64,000 nt of DNA from Fibrobacteria bacterium (lineage in GTDB: Bacteria; Fibrobacterota; Chitinivibrionia; Chitinivibrionales; FEN-1185), in NCBI GenBank assembly GCA_037447435.1, contig JBBIGR010000011.1, positions 32,001-96,000 of the forward strand, written 5' to 3'. Positions 1-10,117 of this stretch are shown here, piece by piece (the stretch's first letter is position 1; every line of letters begins with the position of its first letter). The translations under genes and the position numbers were made by a program. The notes below the pieces were generated by a model that was not told where the DNA came from, ran no database searches, and saw only the letters and a program-made list of their open reading frames with translations.

Positions 1-466
1 TATACATGACATCATTGCCGAGGGGAGGGTACACCGTATATTCAATTTGCAAATTGCCGCGGGATACCGTTGAATAATAATTTTTTAAAAACCTGAGTTG
101 ATTGGCAAAATAGGCATAGTCATGGGGAAGGCTGTCGAAATGGTAAACAGAATCTTTTAAATAGTATTTTTGCTCCTGTTGATCGTGCTTTACTCCAAAA
201 AGTCCATCGCCGGTGGTATTGGGGTTATTATCTGCATGAGACGAGTCGAATTCCACTCGGATCGCGATAATATGAATAATATCCGGGCCTGAGGCTGTTC
301 TTTTAAAAAGAAGGGAACCGTTATGATTTGAAGCATTGTCAACAAGATGCTTTTTGGAATATGACCCTTTTAATTTTGCAAGACCAAATAACGGAGAAGA
401 AAAGGACGGCGGAGTCGAAAGAAAAATAAAAACCGAAGCGAGTAACAAAACATTGTTTGTTTTCAT
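1..466 (-). CDS. Partial secreted protein, M6/immune inhibitor A-like metalloprotease N-terminal region (runs off window start)
   Basis: Not in ORF track. Manual translation from ATG 466 is open to position 1: signal peptide MKTNNVLLLASVFIFLS, then IIAIRVEF..D..TTGDG..HDYAYFANQL..YYSTVSRGNLQIEYTVYP, typical of M6-domain N-termini. Confidence 0.6.
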   Translation of the reverse strand, partial: MKTNNVLLLASVFIFLSTPPSFSSPLFGLAKLKGSYSKKHLVDNASNHNGSLLFKRTASGPDIIHIIAIRVEFDSSHADNNPNTTGDGLFGVKHDQQEQKYYLKDSVYHFDSLPHDYAYFANQLRFLKNYYSTVSRGNLQIEYTVYPPLGNDVMY

Positions 467-580
467 ATAAACAATTTAAACTATCCCGTCTGTTGTCAAT
501 AAACTATTTGTCCGAAAGCCTCAAAATGTGTCCATATAAAATAAGCTGCGCGAAATGCTTAGATTTATATACAGCGACAA

Positions 581-2965
581 TTAGAATTTAAATAACATTG
601 AGGCTCTCCATTGACCGTCGCGAGCTCCGCTGCTGCCGTCGGCAACTATGCCTTTCATAAATCCTTCGGGTGAATGAATAAAAGACCAGTCGAAATTTAA
701 ATTTCCTATCTTGAAGCCGACGCCCAAGGTTAATTCGTACCGTTGCCCGGCTTTGTCGAACAAGTTTCCGATTCTGAGGGCAAGAAAATTTGCATACCAG
801 AATTCAATACCTGAACAAACATTGACTTCTGCGAGTTTGTCGTGAAGGGAAGTTGAATTGTCGTTCAGTAATCCGGTAAATATGGCTTTGTAAAACGGAT
901 CCGGCGGACGGTCATCTTGGTAGTTTTTAACGATTTCACGGTTAAAATCGACCAATAATTTAAGGTCGACAAACGATGTTTGAATTGCCCGGTAGGCAAA
1001 TCCCAGCTTTACGGTAAAAGGAATCGGATCTTGTGAGTTTTGGGAAATATAATAAATTGACGGCCCCATATTTTGCAGGTTTAAGCCGATGTCGAAGTTC
1101 TTTACGAACAGGTTACGTTTTAATAGTCCTGCGTCAATAGCAAATGTTCTTCCCGTACCTTCGTCGCCGCCGCCGATACCGGGGGCGAGTGCGCTGTTTG
1201 CATATTTTACATTGATTCCTGCCGACAAATCTTTGGCTAACGAAATACCGTAAGAAAGGCCAAAAACACCTTCCCAAGAACGGGCACGACCTTTTATTCT
1301 GCCTTCCTCATCGGTCAATTCATTGGTGCCGAAATTGATAAAATTAACTGTGAAGCCGATTGTTCCCCAATCTTCCGTTGGGAAAACGCCCGCGAGATAA
1401 CAGTGCCATAAATCCGGTATTTTAAAAGCAGGCAACAACGATTCATAAAATAAAAGGACTTGATTTTCAGCATAATTATATTGATTTACCGCTTCCGATG
1501 TCGCAAGCCATACATCACGGCCTTGCATGGCAATCCCATGTACATTGTCGCCTTTAATGGCATTTTTAGAATGGAAAACTTTCCATTCAGGAGCCATATA
1601 ATATGAATTTCCTTTTTGATCGGTTTTCAATTTTCCCTGTGTGTAACTAATGGCGCCGTTATTGGTGCCAAGCCAAATAGAACCAGAACTATGTTCGGCA
1701 ATCGACGACACCGTGCTTCCTGGAAATTTATATCTTTTCCAACTTGCCTCATCGTAAATAGCAACGCCGTTTTCTCCGCCGACCCAAACGCGATTTTTTG
1801 AATCGACGAACAAGGTTTTGACCGAGTTGCTCATCAAGCCGTTCGATGTATCAAAAAGGATTTCCGACGAGTCTTTAATTATTGTCAACCCTTTCGACGT
1901 ACCGATAAGAATGTCGTTGTTTTTGTTAAACGCAAGTGCGTTTATAGAAGCGGCCAAAGAGTCGGTTTTCATTTCGATTCTGTTCCATTTACCGTCGGCA
2001 TTTACAATTGCGCCTGCATCGGTTCCCACACCGATATCGCCTCGTTGACTGACGCTGAGGCATGTAATAGCGTTTGAGGGAAGGCCGTCAAGAACCGAAA
2101 AAGGCGTCCAAATCGTACCGTCATAACGGAAAAGGCCTTTTTTCGTACCAACCCATACTCGCTCAAGAGAATCAACAACCAGAGTAGTAACGCTCTCATG
2201 AACGGCAATTGAAAAAGGAATTTTTAATTCGACAAGCTCTTCAAACTCCAAATCTTTTTTTGTGAGTATCAAAGCGATATCATCCGACATTTTGTTTGCC
2301 TTGGAAGAATCTACGCGGCTCGCAATTTTACCGAAAATTTGCGTTGAATTTCTATCGGTTTTAGAAAGTGACATTATGTCGTTTGTCAACTTTTGAATGG
2401 AAGTTTTCTTGGTAGTTAAAAGCGAGTCGGATATTTCATTTTTTAAATAGTTTTCCAGGGATTTAGTTCTGATTTGTTCAATTTTATTAAATGATTTTAA
2501 TTGGGAAACTGCCTGTAAAATAAGGTCTTCATTGTCGGTTACCAAATATTTTTGGGCAATCGACGTTAAATTTTCCCCTTGATTTATCAGGTGTCGTTCA
2601 TAGGATTCCCATACTTTTCCATTGAACCTCACGATCCCGTGATCCGTGCCGGCCCAAATTTTATCACTTCCCCCAAAATCTTTTTTTCGTTTTGAAGCAA
2701 TCGAAGTTAAAATGCTTCCGGTTTGTGCGGAATAAATTTTCCATGAATTTGCCAAAGGATCTTGGCCGAGGCCTGCCGGATTGAAAAATGTTGCGTTGGC
2801 ATCATCTGCAACGGCGGTAAATGCTTCCCCGAGGCCGGTTGCCCGAGCTCCCGGAGGGAAAACAAGAGTGATAACCGCAGATTGGCCGACAGCAAAGGAA
2901 GAGGAATGAAAAAATGCTATGACGGCAAATGAAACGGTTAAAATCTTAAAAAAATTGAATCGCAT
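581..2965 (-). CDS. PorV/PorQ-family outer-membrane barrel with inserted two-component-regulator beta-propeller and LysM-like segment
   Basis: Signal peptide from ATG 2965; PorV-type motif GARATGLGEAFTAVADDANATFFNPAGL; repeated IW.GT..G blades; C-terminal barrel (GLNLQNMGP, DPIPFTVKLG, GIEFWY..ALR) ending in Phe. Confidence 0.8.
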   Translation of the reverse strand: MRFNFFKILTVSFAVIAFFHSSSFAVGQSAVITLVFPPGARATGLGEAFTAVADDANATFFNPAGLGQDPLANSWKIYSAQTGSILTSIASKRKKDFGGSDKIWAGTDHGIVRFNGKVWESYERHLINQGENLTSIAQKYLVTDNEDLILQAVSQLKSFNKIEQIRTKSLENYLKNEISDSLLTTKKTSIQKLTNDIMSLSKTDRNSTQIFGKIASRVDSSKANKMSDDIALILTKKDLEFEELVELKIPFSIAVHESVTTLVVDSLERVWVGTKKGLFRYDGTIWTPFSVLDGLPSNAITCLSVSQRGDIGVGTDAGAIVNADGKWNRIEMKTDSLAASINALAFNKNNDILIGTSKGLTIIKDSSEILFDTSNGLMSNSVKTLFVDSKNRVWVGGENGVAIYDEASWKRYKFPGSTVSSIAEHSSGSIWLGTNNGAISYTQGKLKTDQKGNSYYMAPEWKVFHSKNAIKGDNVHGIAMQGRDVWLATSEAVNQYNYAENQVLLFYESLLPAFKIPDLWHCYLAGVFPTEDWGTIGFTVNFINFGTNELTDEEGRIKGRARSWEGVFGLSYGISLAKDLSAGINVKYANSALAPGIGGGDEGTGRTFAIDAGLLKRNLFVKNFDIGLNLQNMGPSIYYISQNSQDPIPFTVKLGFAYRAIQTSFVDLKLLVDFNREIVKNYQDDRPPDPFYKAIFTGLLNDNSTSLHDKLAEVNVCSGIEFWYANFLALRIGNLFDKAGQRYELTLGVGFKIGNLNFDWSFIHSPEGFMKGIVADGSSGARDGQWRASMLFKF

Positions 2966-3060
2966 GTCAAAAAACCTCTTTCGCAATGTCTTTTCGTTAT
3001 TTTTAAACCAAGACATTATTTTTAAAAATCCCCTGAACATTTGATAGGGTATAACACGAC

Positions 3061-3645
3061 TTAAACCGGTGTAATTTCCTTCCAATTTGGAAGAGAAACG
3101 AATTCGCCCGGACGCATAAGAGGAAGCATTCCGATTTCGGTTGTTTCGCGCAACTTGTCTTTACCTTGATATTTGCAAAGTTGACAACCGCAACCAAGAT
3201 GGAATGGAGGAATAAGTTTAGGATTTTCGAAAATCTGCTCACGCGTTACAAACCGTCCTTTTGAAATTATTTTTGCACAAACGGGATCATCCCACTTGAA
3301 GTTATAATAATAAAATTCGGTTCCTTCCTTATCTCCGGCTTCGACCTCATTAATATTCGCTTCCATTAAGGAATTCCATTTTGAAAGCAAATTATCTTGT
3401 TGGACACTCGACAAACTTTTAATATTTACGTTTTGATCGCTAAGATATTTCCGTATTTCTTCTTGCGACGGCTTGAAATCACAAATATTATCGCGAGGAC
3501 TTCTTCGTATAATGGAATATATGCCACTTCCGTGGATTATTTGAGAAGGTATATCATCTTCATTTTTAGCCTTATTCATACCGATTCGAACGGCAATAAG
3601 CATCGCTACCAGCAATAACGCAATTCCAACCAAAGCAAGAATCAT
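3061..3645 (-). CDS. Membrane-anchored hypothetical protein with MuF-like PPxHxxCxC motif
   Basis: AAGGA RBS before ATG 3645; N-terminal TM helix; DDPVC...PPFHLGCGC. Confidence 0.7.
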   Translation of the reverse strand: MILALVGIALLLVAMLIAVRIGMNKAKNEDDIPSQIIHGSGIYSIIRRSPRDNICDFKPSQEEIRKYLSDQNVNIKSLSSVQQDNLLSKWNSLMEANINEVEAGDKEGTEFYYYNFKWDDPVCAKIISKGRFVTREQIFENPKLIPPFHLGCGCQLCKYQGKDKLRETTEIGMLPLMRPGEFVSLPNWKEITPV

Positions 3646-3734
3646 AGCAAAAATTCCTTTGCCAAATTTATCGCAGTACAATTTAATAAACTAATATGTA
3701 CCATTACGGCAATCAAACTACAAGAAATATGATC

Positions 3735-4940
3735 TTACATACAATTTACAATGACTTTACCAAATTCGGAACATGATACCGTCGTTGCATTTTCCATTAA
3801 CCGTGCAAAGTCGTAGGTCACCGATTTTTTTAAAATTGCTTGTTTTACACCTTTTATGACAAGATCTGCAGCCTCGGTCCATTTCATATATCGTAGCATC
3901 ATTTCGGCAGAAAGAATTAACGACGAAGGGTTCACCTTGTCCAAATTAGCATATTTGGGTGCAGTTCCGTGAGTCGCTTCAAAAATAGCATGCCCCGTGA
4001 CATAGTTGATATTTGCGCCGGGAGCAATGCCGATTCCGCCAACCTGAGCAGCCAAAGCATCGGAAATGTAATCGCCGTTAAGGTTCATGGTTGCAACCAC
4101 ATCAAATTCTTCCGCTCTGGTGAGAGCCTGTTGAAAGAATATGTCCGCAATGCAATCTTTAATAAGGATTTTTCCTTGTTCAGGCTTACCTTTGCAGTCA
4201 TCCCATGAAACAGTTTGGTTGCCGAATTCTTCTTTTGCTATTTCGTAACCCCACTGGCGAAAAGCGCCTTCGGTAAATTTTTGTATGTTTCCTTTATGTA
4301 CAAGAGTAACGCTTTTACGGTTGTTTTCTATAGCGTATTTTATTGCGGCTCGTACTAACCGTTTTGAATTCGTAATGGAAATGGGCTTAATTCCAATTCC
4401 GGAGTCGGCGGCTATATTCCAAGAAAATTCCTGTTTTAAAAACGCCAACAATTTTTTCGTTCCTTCTTTTCCCTGTTCAAGCTCTTTTCCGCTGTAAACG
4501 TCTTCGGTATTCTCACGAAAAATTACCATATCTACTTTTTCAGGAGCTTTAACCGGGGAGGGAACCCCGGGGAAATATTGTACAGGCCGAAGACAAACAT
4601 ACAAATCGAGAATTTGACGTAATGCGACGTTGAGAGATCGGATTCCGGTGCCAACCGGAGTTGTGAGGGGGCCTTTCAACCCGATTAAATAAGTATTGAA
4701 ATTATCTAACGTTTCTTGGGGTAGCCAATTTTGTGTTTTATTGAATGCTTTTTCACCGGCTAATACTTCTTTCCAAATAATAGAACGGGACCCGTTATAC
4801 GCTTTTGAAACCGCTTGGTCGATGACGTGTTTGGTAGAATGCCAAATATCGGGACCGGTTCCGTCACCTTCAATAAAGGGAATGATGGGGTTATTTGGTA
4901 CGGTCAACTTTCCATTCTGCATAACGATTTTTTCATCCAT
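3735..4940 (-). CDS. icd: NADP-dependent isocitrate dehydrogenase
   Basis: [54 protein letters not shown]. Confidence 0.97.
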   Translation of the reverse strand: MDEKIVMQNGKLTVPNNPIIPFIEGDGTGPDIWHSTKHVIDQAVSKAYNGSRSIIWKEVLAGEKAFNKTQNWLPQETLDNFNTYLIGLKGPLTTPVGTGIRSLNVALRQILDLYVCLRPVQYFPGVPSPVKAPEKVDMVIFRENTEDVYSGKELEQGKEGTKKLLAFLKQEFSWNIAADSGIGIKPISITNSKRLVRAAIKYAIENNRKSVTLVHKGNIQKFTEGAFRQWGYEIAKEEFGNQTVSWDDCKGKPEQGKILIKDCIADIFFQQALTRAEEFDVVATMNLNGDYISDALAAQVGGIGIAPGANINYVTGHAIFEATHGTAPKYANLDKVNPSSLILSAEMMLRYMKWTEAADLVIKGVKQAILKKSVTYDFARLMENATTVSCSEFGKVIVNCM

Positions 4941-5090
4941 GGAAGCGTTCCTTCAGCTTAGTGTATTTAGAAATATTTTTCAATCATAATCAGATAAAAC
5001 GGCGGAAGAAAAAAAATACCATATACCCGTATTGATATCAATACAAGATTATACTATCGGGGGATCATATGTTTAATTTCCCGGGAATTA

Positions 5091-5120
5091 TTGACAGGGC
5101 AACCGGAAAAAAAGTATCTT
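5091..5120 (+). promoter_or_regulatory. Sigma70-type promoter of tRNA-Gly
   Basis: TTGACA-N18-TATCTT, 13 nt upstream of the tRNA. Confidence 0.65.
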
Positions 5121-5133
5121 AATGTTGGTAATT

Positions 5134-5205
5134 GCGGGAGTAACTCAATGGTAGAGTGTCACCTTCCCAAGGTGAAGGTTGCGAGTTCAACTCTCGTCTC
5201 CCGCT
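5134..5205 (+). tRNA. tRNA-Gly (anticodon CCC), CCA not encoded
   Basis: GCGGGAG/CTCCCGC acceptor stem, D arm with TGGTAGAG, TCACC-TTCCCAA-GGTGA anticodon arm, GTTCAA T loop. Confidence 0.97.
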
Positions 5206-5242
5206 AAAAAAAGGCCCCCCAAAACTGGGCGGGCCTTTTTTT
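5206..5242. terminator. Bidirectional intrinsic terminator between the tRNA and the ABC operon
   Basis: A7-GGCCC...GGGCC-T7. Confidence 0.8.
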
Positions 5243-5262
5243 ATTGTTGTTGATTGTTTGAG

Positions 5263-6354
5263 TTATTTTTTCTTTCCTAAAGCTTTTTTCTTTACAAGAG
5301 TTGCGGGTTTTGTATCCGGTTTCTTTTCCTCGATGCCTTTTAGGTTGTTTATGCTTCTGTCAATGTTTTCAATGAGATATTTCGACAAAAGAAAAGTCGC
5401 GTTTTTATCCGGAGTCCTGACCCAACGCGTTCCGTCGGATGATTTCTGTTTGCCAAGCACAATCGTTTTTTTCGTGCCATTGTCCAAAGATGCCGTTACT
5501 ATGCAATAGGGTTTTGAAAATCCAAGGCTATCCTCAGAAAGGGAAGCGTTTGATTCAAAATCCATTGCATTTAAGTTCGACATTGCATTGAGGATTTTCT
5601 CGACTTCAGGTTCTTTCACACTGTCTTTTACAGGCGAAATGAGAGTCCATTTGGCTTTTGCGGCGCTATCGGTAGGAGAAGGCGCAGACAGTGCAAGCTC
5701 TATTGTCGTGTCTTTTTTTACAATAGAAACCGATTTTACTGCAGCTTTGTCAAACTTGGCGATAGTTTTATCTTTCCATCTGTTTTTCTCGGCGAAAAAG
5801 CTGTATTTGACACTACCGCTCACCAAATAAACATCATTCGATCCCTTCATCCGGACAAAATTCGAACTCCAATCGGCACCATTCTTTCCAATGTAAAATG
5901 TGGACGCAGGACCTTTGTCGGATACAAGGTCGACCCGAGTTCCCTTTACCGTATCAACTTCCAAATCCGCTTGCTTAGCTACATTTTGGGAAATGAGATC
6001 GTCCTTTTTCATGGACTTTATTTTTTCCAGAACGGTCTGCAACGATGCGCTGTCGGCAGGATATTCATCGGACGATTTGTTCCTTTGCGTAGTATCACTT
6101 GTTAATAACGGGGATTGCGCTGCATCCGCCTTTTTGCCGGAAGTTACAAACCATGCCGTACCATGCCTTACAAGGGTAACCGAGTCGTGTGAATCGCAAA
6201 TGCTTATAGAATTGCATTCGGCCTCGGAAAATTGCGGAAAAAAAGACAATGATTTTTCCGATGGCTGCTTATTGCTTAGTTGATTAGAAATAACAATAAT
6301 GCCCACTATGACAACGAGAATAATGGCCAATAAAGGTAGTTTTTTCATATTCAT
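5263..6354 (-). CDS. DUF4340-type membrane-anchored periplasmic protein (accessory to Gld-like ABC system)
   Basis: N-terminal TM; two repeats (YPAD..V..L; WKDKTI; LGFSKP..IVLGK); last gene after GldG-like gene. Confidence 0.75.
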   Translation of the reverse strand: MNMKKLPLLAIILVVIVGIIVISNQLSNKQPSEKSLSFFPQFSEAECNSISICDSHDSVTLVRHGTAWFVTSGKKADAAQSPLLTSDTTQRNKSSDEYPADSASLQTVLEKIKSMKKDDLISQNVAKQADLEVDTVKGTRVDLVSDKGPASTFYIGKNGADWSSNFVRMKGSNDVYLVSGSVKYSFFAEKNRWKDKTIAKFDKAAVKSVSIVKKDTTIELALSAPSPTDSAAKAKWTLISPVKDSVKEPEVEKILNAMSNLNAMDFESNASLSEDSLGFSKPYCIVTASLDNGTKKTIVLGKQKSSDGTRWVRTPDKNATFLLSKYLIENIDRSINNLKGIEEKKPDTKPATLVKKKALGKKK

Positions 6355-8099
6355 GATGCTTTTTCCTCCGTTTTTTCCGTAACGACAGTCGATTGTTCGC
6401 GGCGCTTAAAGAAAATGAATAACCCGGTTAATACGACGAGAATCGGCATAAGGAGAATATTGGTAAATCTTACCACCGAATACTTGACTGACCCTTCCTT
6501 TAAATTATCCTTTGAAATAGTCCTGTCAATCATTGCGCGGGAACGGATCGAAATCAAGTTATCATCGGTCGATAACCAATCGACAACATTGAGAATAAAA
6601 GCGACGTTTCCGGGCATGGCGAATTGTGGAGTAAGAAAATCGGAATCACCGATAAGCACCAAATGCCGTCCTTTATTTTGCGCAACAACCGTTCTTGTTT
6701 GATCGGCAGGATTCAAAGCGATTTTGCTGAGAGAATCGGACGTTCCCGGTGTAACTTCTTTTACCGGAGGCACCGGCTTGCCGGCAAAATAACTGGTAAA
6801 ATTGCCGTGTAAATAAACCGCCAAATTACTTTGCTTAAATCCTTCGGCAGGCGCAGCCCATTTTTGTTGAGGATTCAAATCGAAATTTCCGCCGACGGTC
6901 CAACTCTTTTTCGATGATTTAATTAACGCCGTGGCTCTTACCGAACCATCATCCTTCACGTTTTTCTTTACTTCATTGTCAAGCGGAACCGTGAGCTTTA
7001 TAGGAGAAACCCAAGGTAATACTGCTTCGCCAAGCGATGAAACCGCAGGATTGTCGGAGTCTACATCTTCACGTAAAATTCTCAGAAAATAGGGGTAATT
7101 AACAGCGACATTCATTTGGAACGGACCTACTTTTTGGGGAATCTGGACTTGACCGCAGGCTGCGTCACAAACCAAATAATTTTCTAATTTTGCGCCGTAA
7201 TGTTCCATGAGCTTTAAAATGGCGGGATCTTGCGGAATTGCGTTTGCGCCATATTGATAGGAAATTTTGATCGCATCTGCGCAAACAATCAAATTCCCGC
7301 CTTTCATAAAATATTGATCTATTTCAAACAGAGTTCTGTTTGTAAATGTGGTGCCGCCCAAAATGACCAGTGATTTAAGGGTTGTGTCAATTTGTTTTCC
7401 ATCATTCACATCCACTGTTTCCACGGAATAGTTTTTACCCAAGCTCTCAAAAACCGGTTTGTATTTTTCATGTACTTCCTCGGGATTTGGTTGCATTTGC
7501 ATTCTCTGCCGGTACTCCGGAGGAATGTAGGGGAGCGTGTCGGTTTTAAGAATACCGACTCTCGGACTGTCTTTTCGTGCGACTTTTTGAATTGCCTGAG
7601 TCAAATCGTATTCGAGGTTTTTAAGATCCTGAACAACGGGCATGACTTCTTTTTTGTCGCCGTACAAAACCGCTATACCCATGAATCCGTTAATGACTTG
7701 TGCTTTATCCTTTTCATAGGTTTGCATTTGCAATTCAGGAATTCCCATTTGAACCGCTTTGCGTTTTTCTTCCTCATTTTTTGTGGGGTCCTCATAGGTA
7801 ATATGAAGGTTTTTTCCCGCATATGCTTTATATTCGGCAAGCATATCGCGAACGTCCGATTGGAGGGACTTCACATTTACCGGAAGGTTTTTAGAAAAGA
7901 AAACCTTGATATTGACTATATCATCAAGCTTTTTCAATATCTTTTTTGAAGCCGGTGAAATGCTGTAAATTTTCTTTTCCGTAAGGTCGACTCTAAAAAA
8001 AGCTTTTGTCGAAATGTAATTGATAACACCGACAAATCCGAGAATAATCAAAGCATAAATGATTAATTGAGAACTGTTCTTTATTTTTTTTGTTTCCAT
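6351..8099 (-). CDS. GldG-family ABC transporter auxiliary/substrate-binding protein
   Basis: RVDLTEKKIYSISPASKKIL, LEYDLT.AI, IDQYFMKGG, LIGDSDF, N..FILNVVDWL, C-terminal TM; ATG 8099. Confidence 0.85.
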   Translation of the reverse strand: METKKIKNSSQLIIYALIILGFVGVINYISTKAFFRVDLTEKKIYSISPASKKILKKLDDIVNIKVFFSKNLPVNVKSLQSDVRDMLAEYKAYAGKNLHITYEDPTKNEEEKRKAVQMGIPELQMQTYEKDKAQVINGFMGIAVLYGDKKEVMPVVQDLKNLEYDLTQAIQKVARKDSPRVGILKTDTLPYIPPEYRQRMQMQPNPEEVHEKYKPVFESLGKNYSVETVDVNDGKQIDTTLKSLVILGGTTFTNRTLFEIDQYFMKGGNLIVCADAIKISYQYGANAIPQDPAILKLMEHYGAKLENYLVCDAACGQVQIPQKVGPFQMNVAVNYPYFLRILREDVDSDNPAVSSLGEAVLPWVSPIKLTVPLDNEVKKNVKDDGSVRATALIKSSKKSWTVGGNFDLNPQQKWAAPAEGFKQSNLAVYLHGNFTSYFAGKPVPPVKEVTPGTSDSLSKIALNPADQTRTVVAQNKGRHLVLIGDSDFLTPQFAMPGNVAFILNVVDWLSTDDNLISIRSRAMIDRTISKDNLKEGSVKYSVVRFTNILLMPILVVLTGLFIFFKRREQSTVVTEKTEEKAS

Positions 8100-8103
8100 T
8101 TTA

Positions 8104-8787
8104 TTACTCCCATTTCCTGCTGCCCAAGGAACAGACATTTAAGAACAAAAAGAAGCCGATAACCGAAGCATAATAAATTAAATCTCTGGTATCTATTACA
8201 CCTCTGCTGATGCTTTCAAAATGATTTCCAAGCCCGAGATAAGAAAGAACGGGTACCAGAAAAGAAGGGCTTGCCATGGTAACAAACGGATTGCCAACGA
8301 TAAAAGCGACGATTTGGTTTTCCGTAAGGGATGAAACCCAAAGCCCGATTGCCAAATATGCACCGCCAAGCAAGAGTGCACCGATATACTGGCCGACAAT
8401 TTGTCCCATATCCGGATGCCCGAGTATGGCGATTGTCACAGGAATGGTAATTGACAATAAAACAACTATGGAAAGCAATGCAAAGCTGGCGAGGAATTTG
8501 CCGACAACGACTTCAAAGTCGCTGATGGGCCATGTTAAAAGCAATTCAAGGGTTTTAACTTTTTTCTCTTCGGCCCAAGTTCGCATTGTAATAGCAGGAA
8601 CAAAAAACAAAAATACCCAGGGCATTAAGTCGAAATAGCCGCGCATGTCAGCTTGGTTAATAAGAAAAAAACCCTGAAAAAACAAAAAAGTGGTCGTAAT
8701 CAAATAAACCGTAATAAAAATATAGGCGATAGGCGATAGGAAATACGCCTTGAATTCTTTTTTGAAAATAGCTGAGATATTTTGCAT
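8104..8787 (-). CDS. GldF-like ABC-2 permease
   Basis: KEFKAYFLSPIAY, PAITMRTWAEEKK..TLELLLT.P, HFESISRGVID. Confidence 0.88.
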   Translation of the reverse strand: MQNISAIFKKEFKAYFLSPIAYIFITVYLITTTFLFFQGFFLINQADMRGYFDLMPWVFLFFVPAITMRTWAEEKKVKTLELLLTWPISDFEVVVGKFLASFALLSIVVLLSITIPVTIAILGHPDMGQIVGQYIGALLLGGAYLAIGLWVSSLTENQIVAFIVGNPFVTMASPSFLVPVLSYLGLGNHFESISRGVIDTRDLIYYASVIGFFLFLNVCSLGSRKWE

Positions 8788-8791
8788 TATA

Positions 8792-9736
8792 TCAACCCCT
8801 TGTCAGTTGTGTGAATACGTCTTCGAGGCTTGCCGAATGGTGCTTGAGTTCATTAAGTGTCCACCCATTTTCGTAAACGCATTTATATATCTTCTCGCCG
8901 ACATCCTCCCGAGCTCCGGTTGTGACCGATGCTTCAAGCCATTCTCCGCTTTCTTTAATGTCTACTCGAGTAATTCCCTCGATAGCCGATAATTTAGTAC
9001 GGAGTGTTTCTTTGTCGGCTTTGACCCGAATAAGATAGCCGTTGGATTTAGACATGCTTGAGGTAAGTTCGTCGGGTGTTCCTGAGGCGACAATCGCTCC
9101 TTCATTGATAATAAGGATTCGATTGCAGGTCGCAGCCACTTCGGGAAGAATATGTGAACAGTAAATAACGGTTTTTTCCTGTCCCATAGATCGAATAAGC
9201 TCGCGGATTTCGATGATCTGGTTAGGATCCAACCCGGACATAGGTTCGTCGAGAATGAGAAGGTCGGGATTGTGTAACATTGCTTGTGCTAGCCCCACGC
9301 GTTGACGATATCCTTTTGAAAGCTTGCCTGTCTGCCTGTTTGCCATTTTCGCAAGACCGCAAACCGCGTACATTTCGTCTATCCTGGATTTTAAGGTAGC
9401 ACCTTTTAATCCGCGAATTTCTCCGACAAAACGCAAATACTCGCTAACCTGCATGTCATTATATAAAGGATTATTTTCTGGAAGATAGCCTATTTTTTTC
9501 CGGACATCCAGGTCATTTACTTTATTATCGAGGCCATTGACTTTTACGGAACCGCTCGTTGGAGGAATAAAGCAGGTAATCATGCGCATTGTTGTTGTTT
9601 TTCCAGCGCCGTTTGGTCCTAAAAAACCGAGGATTTCCCCTTTTTTGACTTCGAAATTCAGATTTTTTACTGCATGAAAATTACCGAACTTTTTATTAAG
9701 TTCCTTAACTTCAAGCATAATTGGATTATTGCTCAT
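8792..9736 (-). CDS. GldA-like ABC ATP-binding protein
   Basis: Walker A GPNGAGKTT, LSKGYRQRVGLAQA, LILDEP, C-terminal SLEDVF. Confidence 0.92.
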   Translation of the reverse strand: MSNNPIMLEVKELNKKFGNFHAVKNLNFEVKKGEILGFLGPNGAGKTTTMRMITCFIPPTSGSVKVNGLDNKVNDLDVRKKIGYLPENNPLYNDMQVSEYLRFVGEIRGLKGATLKSRIDEMYAVCGLAKMANRQTGKLSKGYRQRVGLAQAMLHNPDLLILDEPMSGLDPNQIIEIRELIRSMGQEKTVIYCSHILPEVAATCNRILIINEGAIVASGTPDELTSSMSKSNGYLIRVKADKETLRTKLSAIEGITRVDIKESGEWLEASVTTGAREDVGEKIYKCVYENGWTLNELKHHSASLEDVFTQLTRG

Positions 9737-9997
9737 ACGCTACCGCCCTGAAAAAGTGGAACCATGATACTCCCTTGTTTTGGTGAGATAGTATATAAAA
9801 ATGAAGATTGACCGTATTGAAAAAATTGCTTTACGACAATTTTCATGTGTCGGAACCGATATTGAAATAAATTGGGCGACTATGGAGCCTAAAAAATGAA
9901 TACTTGAACAGTGCATAGTCAAGTTGGGTTGCCATTTTTTAAAAATAATTGAATGAAAATTACGATTTTGTAATACATTTATTGATTTAAAAATTAA

Positions 9998-10042
9998 GCG
10001 ACAATAGCCGTTTCTAATTTTAAAAGTAGGCGCTATTGTCGC
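9998..10042 (-). terminator. 11-bp inverted repeat downstream of the Hc1-like gene, possible terminator
   Basis: GCGACAATAGC ... GCTATTGTCGC. Confidence 0.45.
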
Positions 10043-10117
10043 GAAATCAAAGGATGCACCAACAATTCCTAAATGGAATTTTATCGGTTGGTGATTTGTA
10101 ATAACGAGAAGGTATTT

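Noticed and set aside
5134..5262. tRNA-Gly as an integration site for an island
   Set aside because: No integrase nearby and I saw no duplicated tRNA 3' end; flanking genes look native
5156..5509. 117-aa plus-strand ORF
   Set aside because: Overlaps the tRNA, the terminator and the antisense DUF4340 gene
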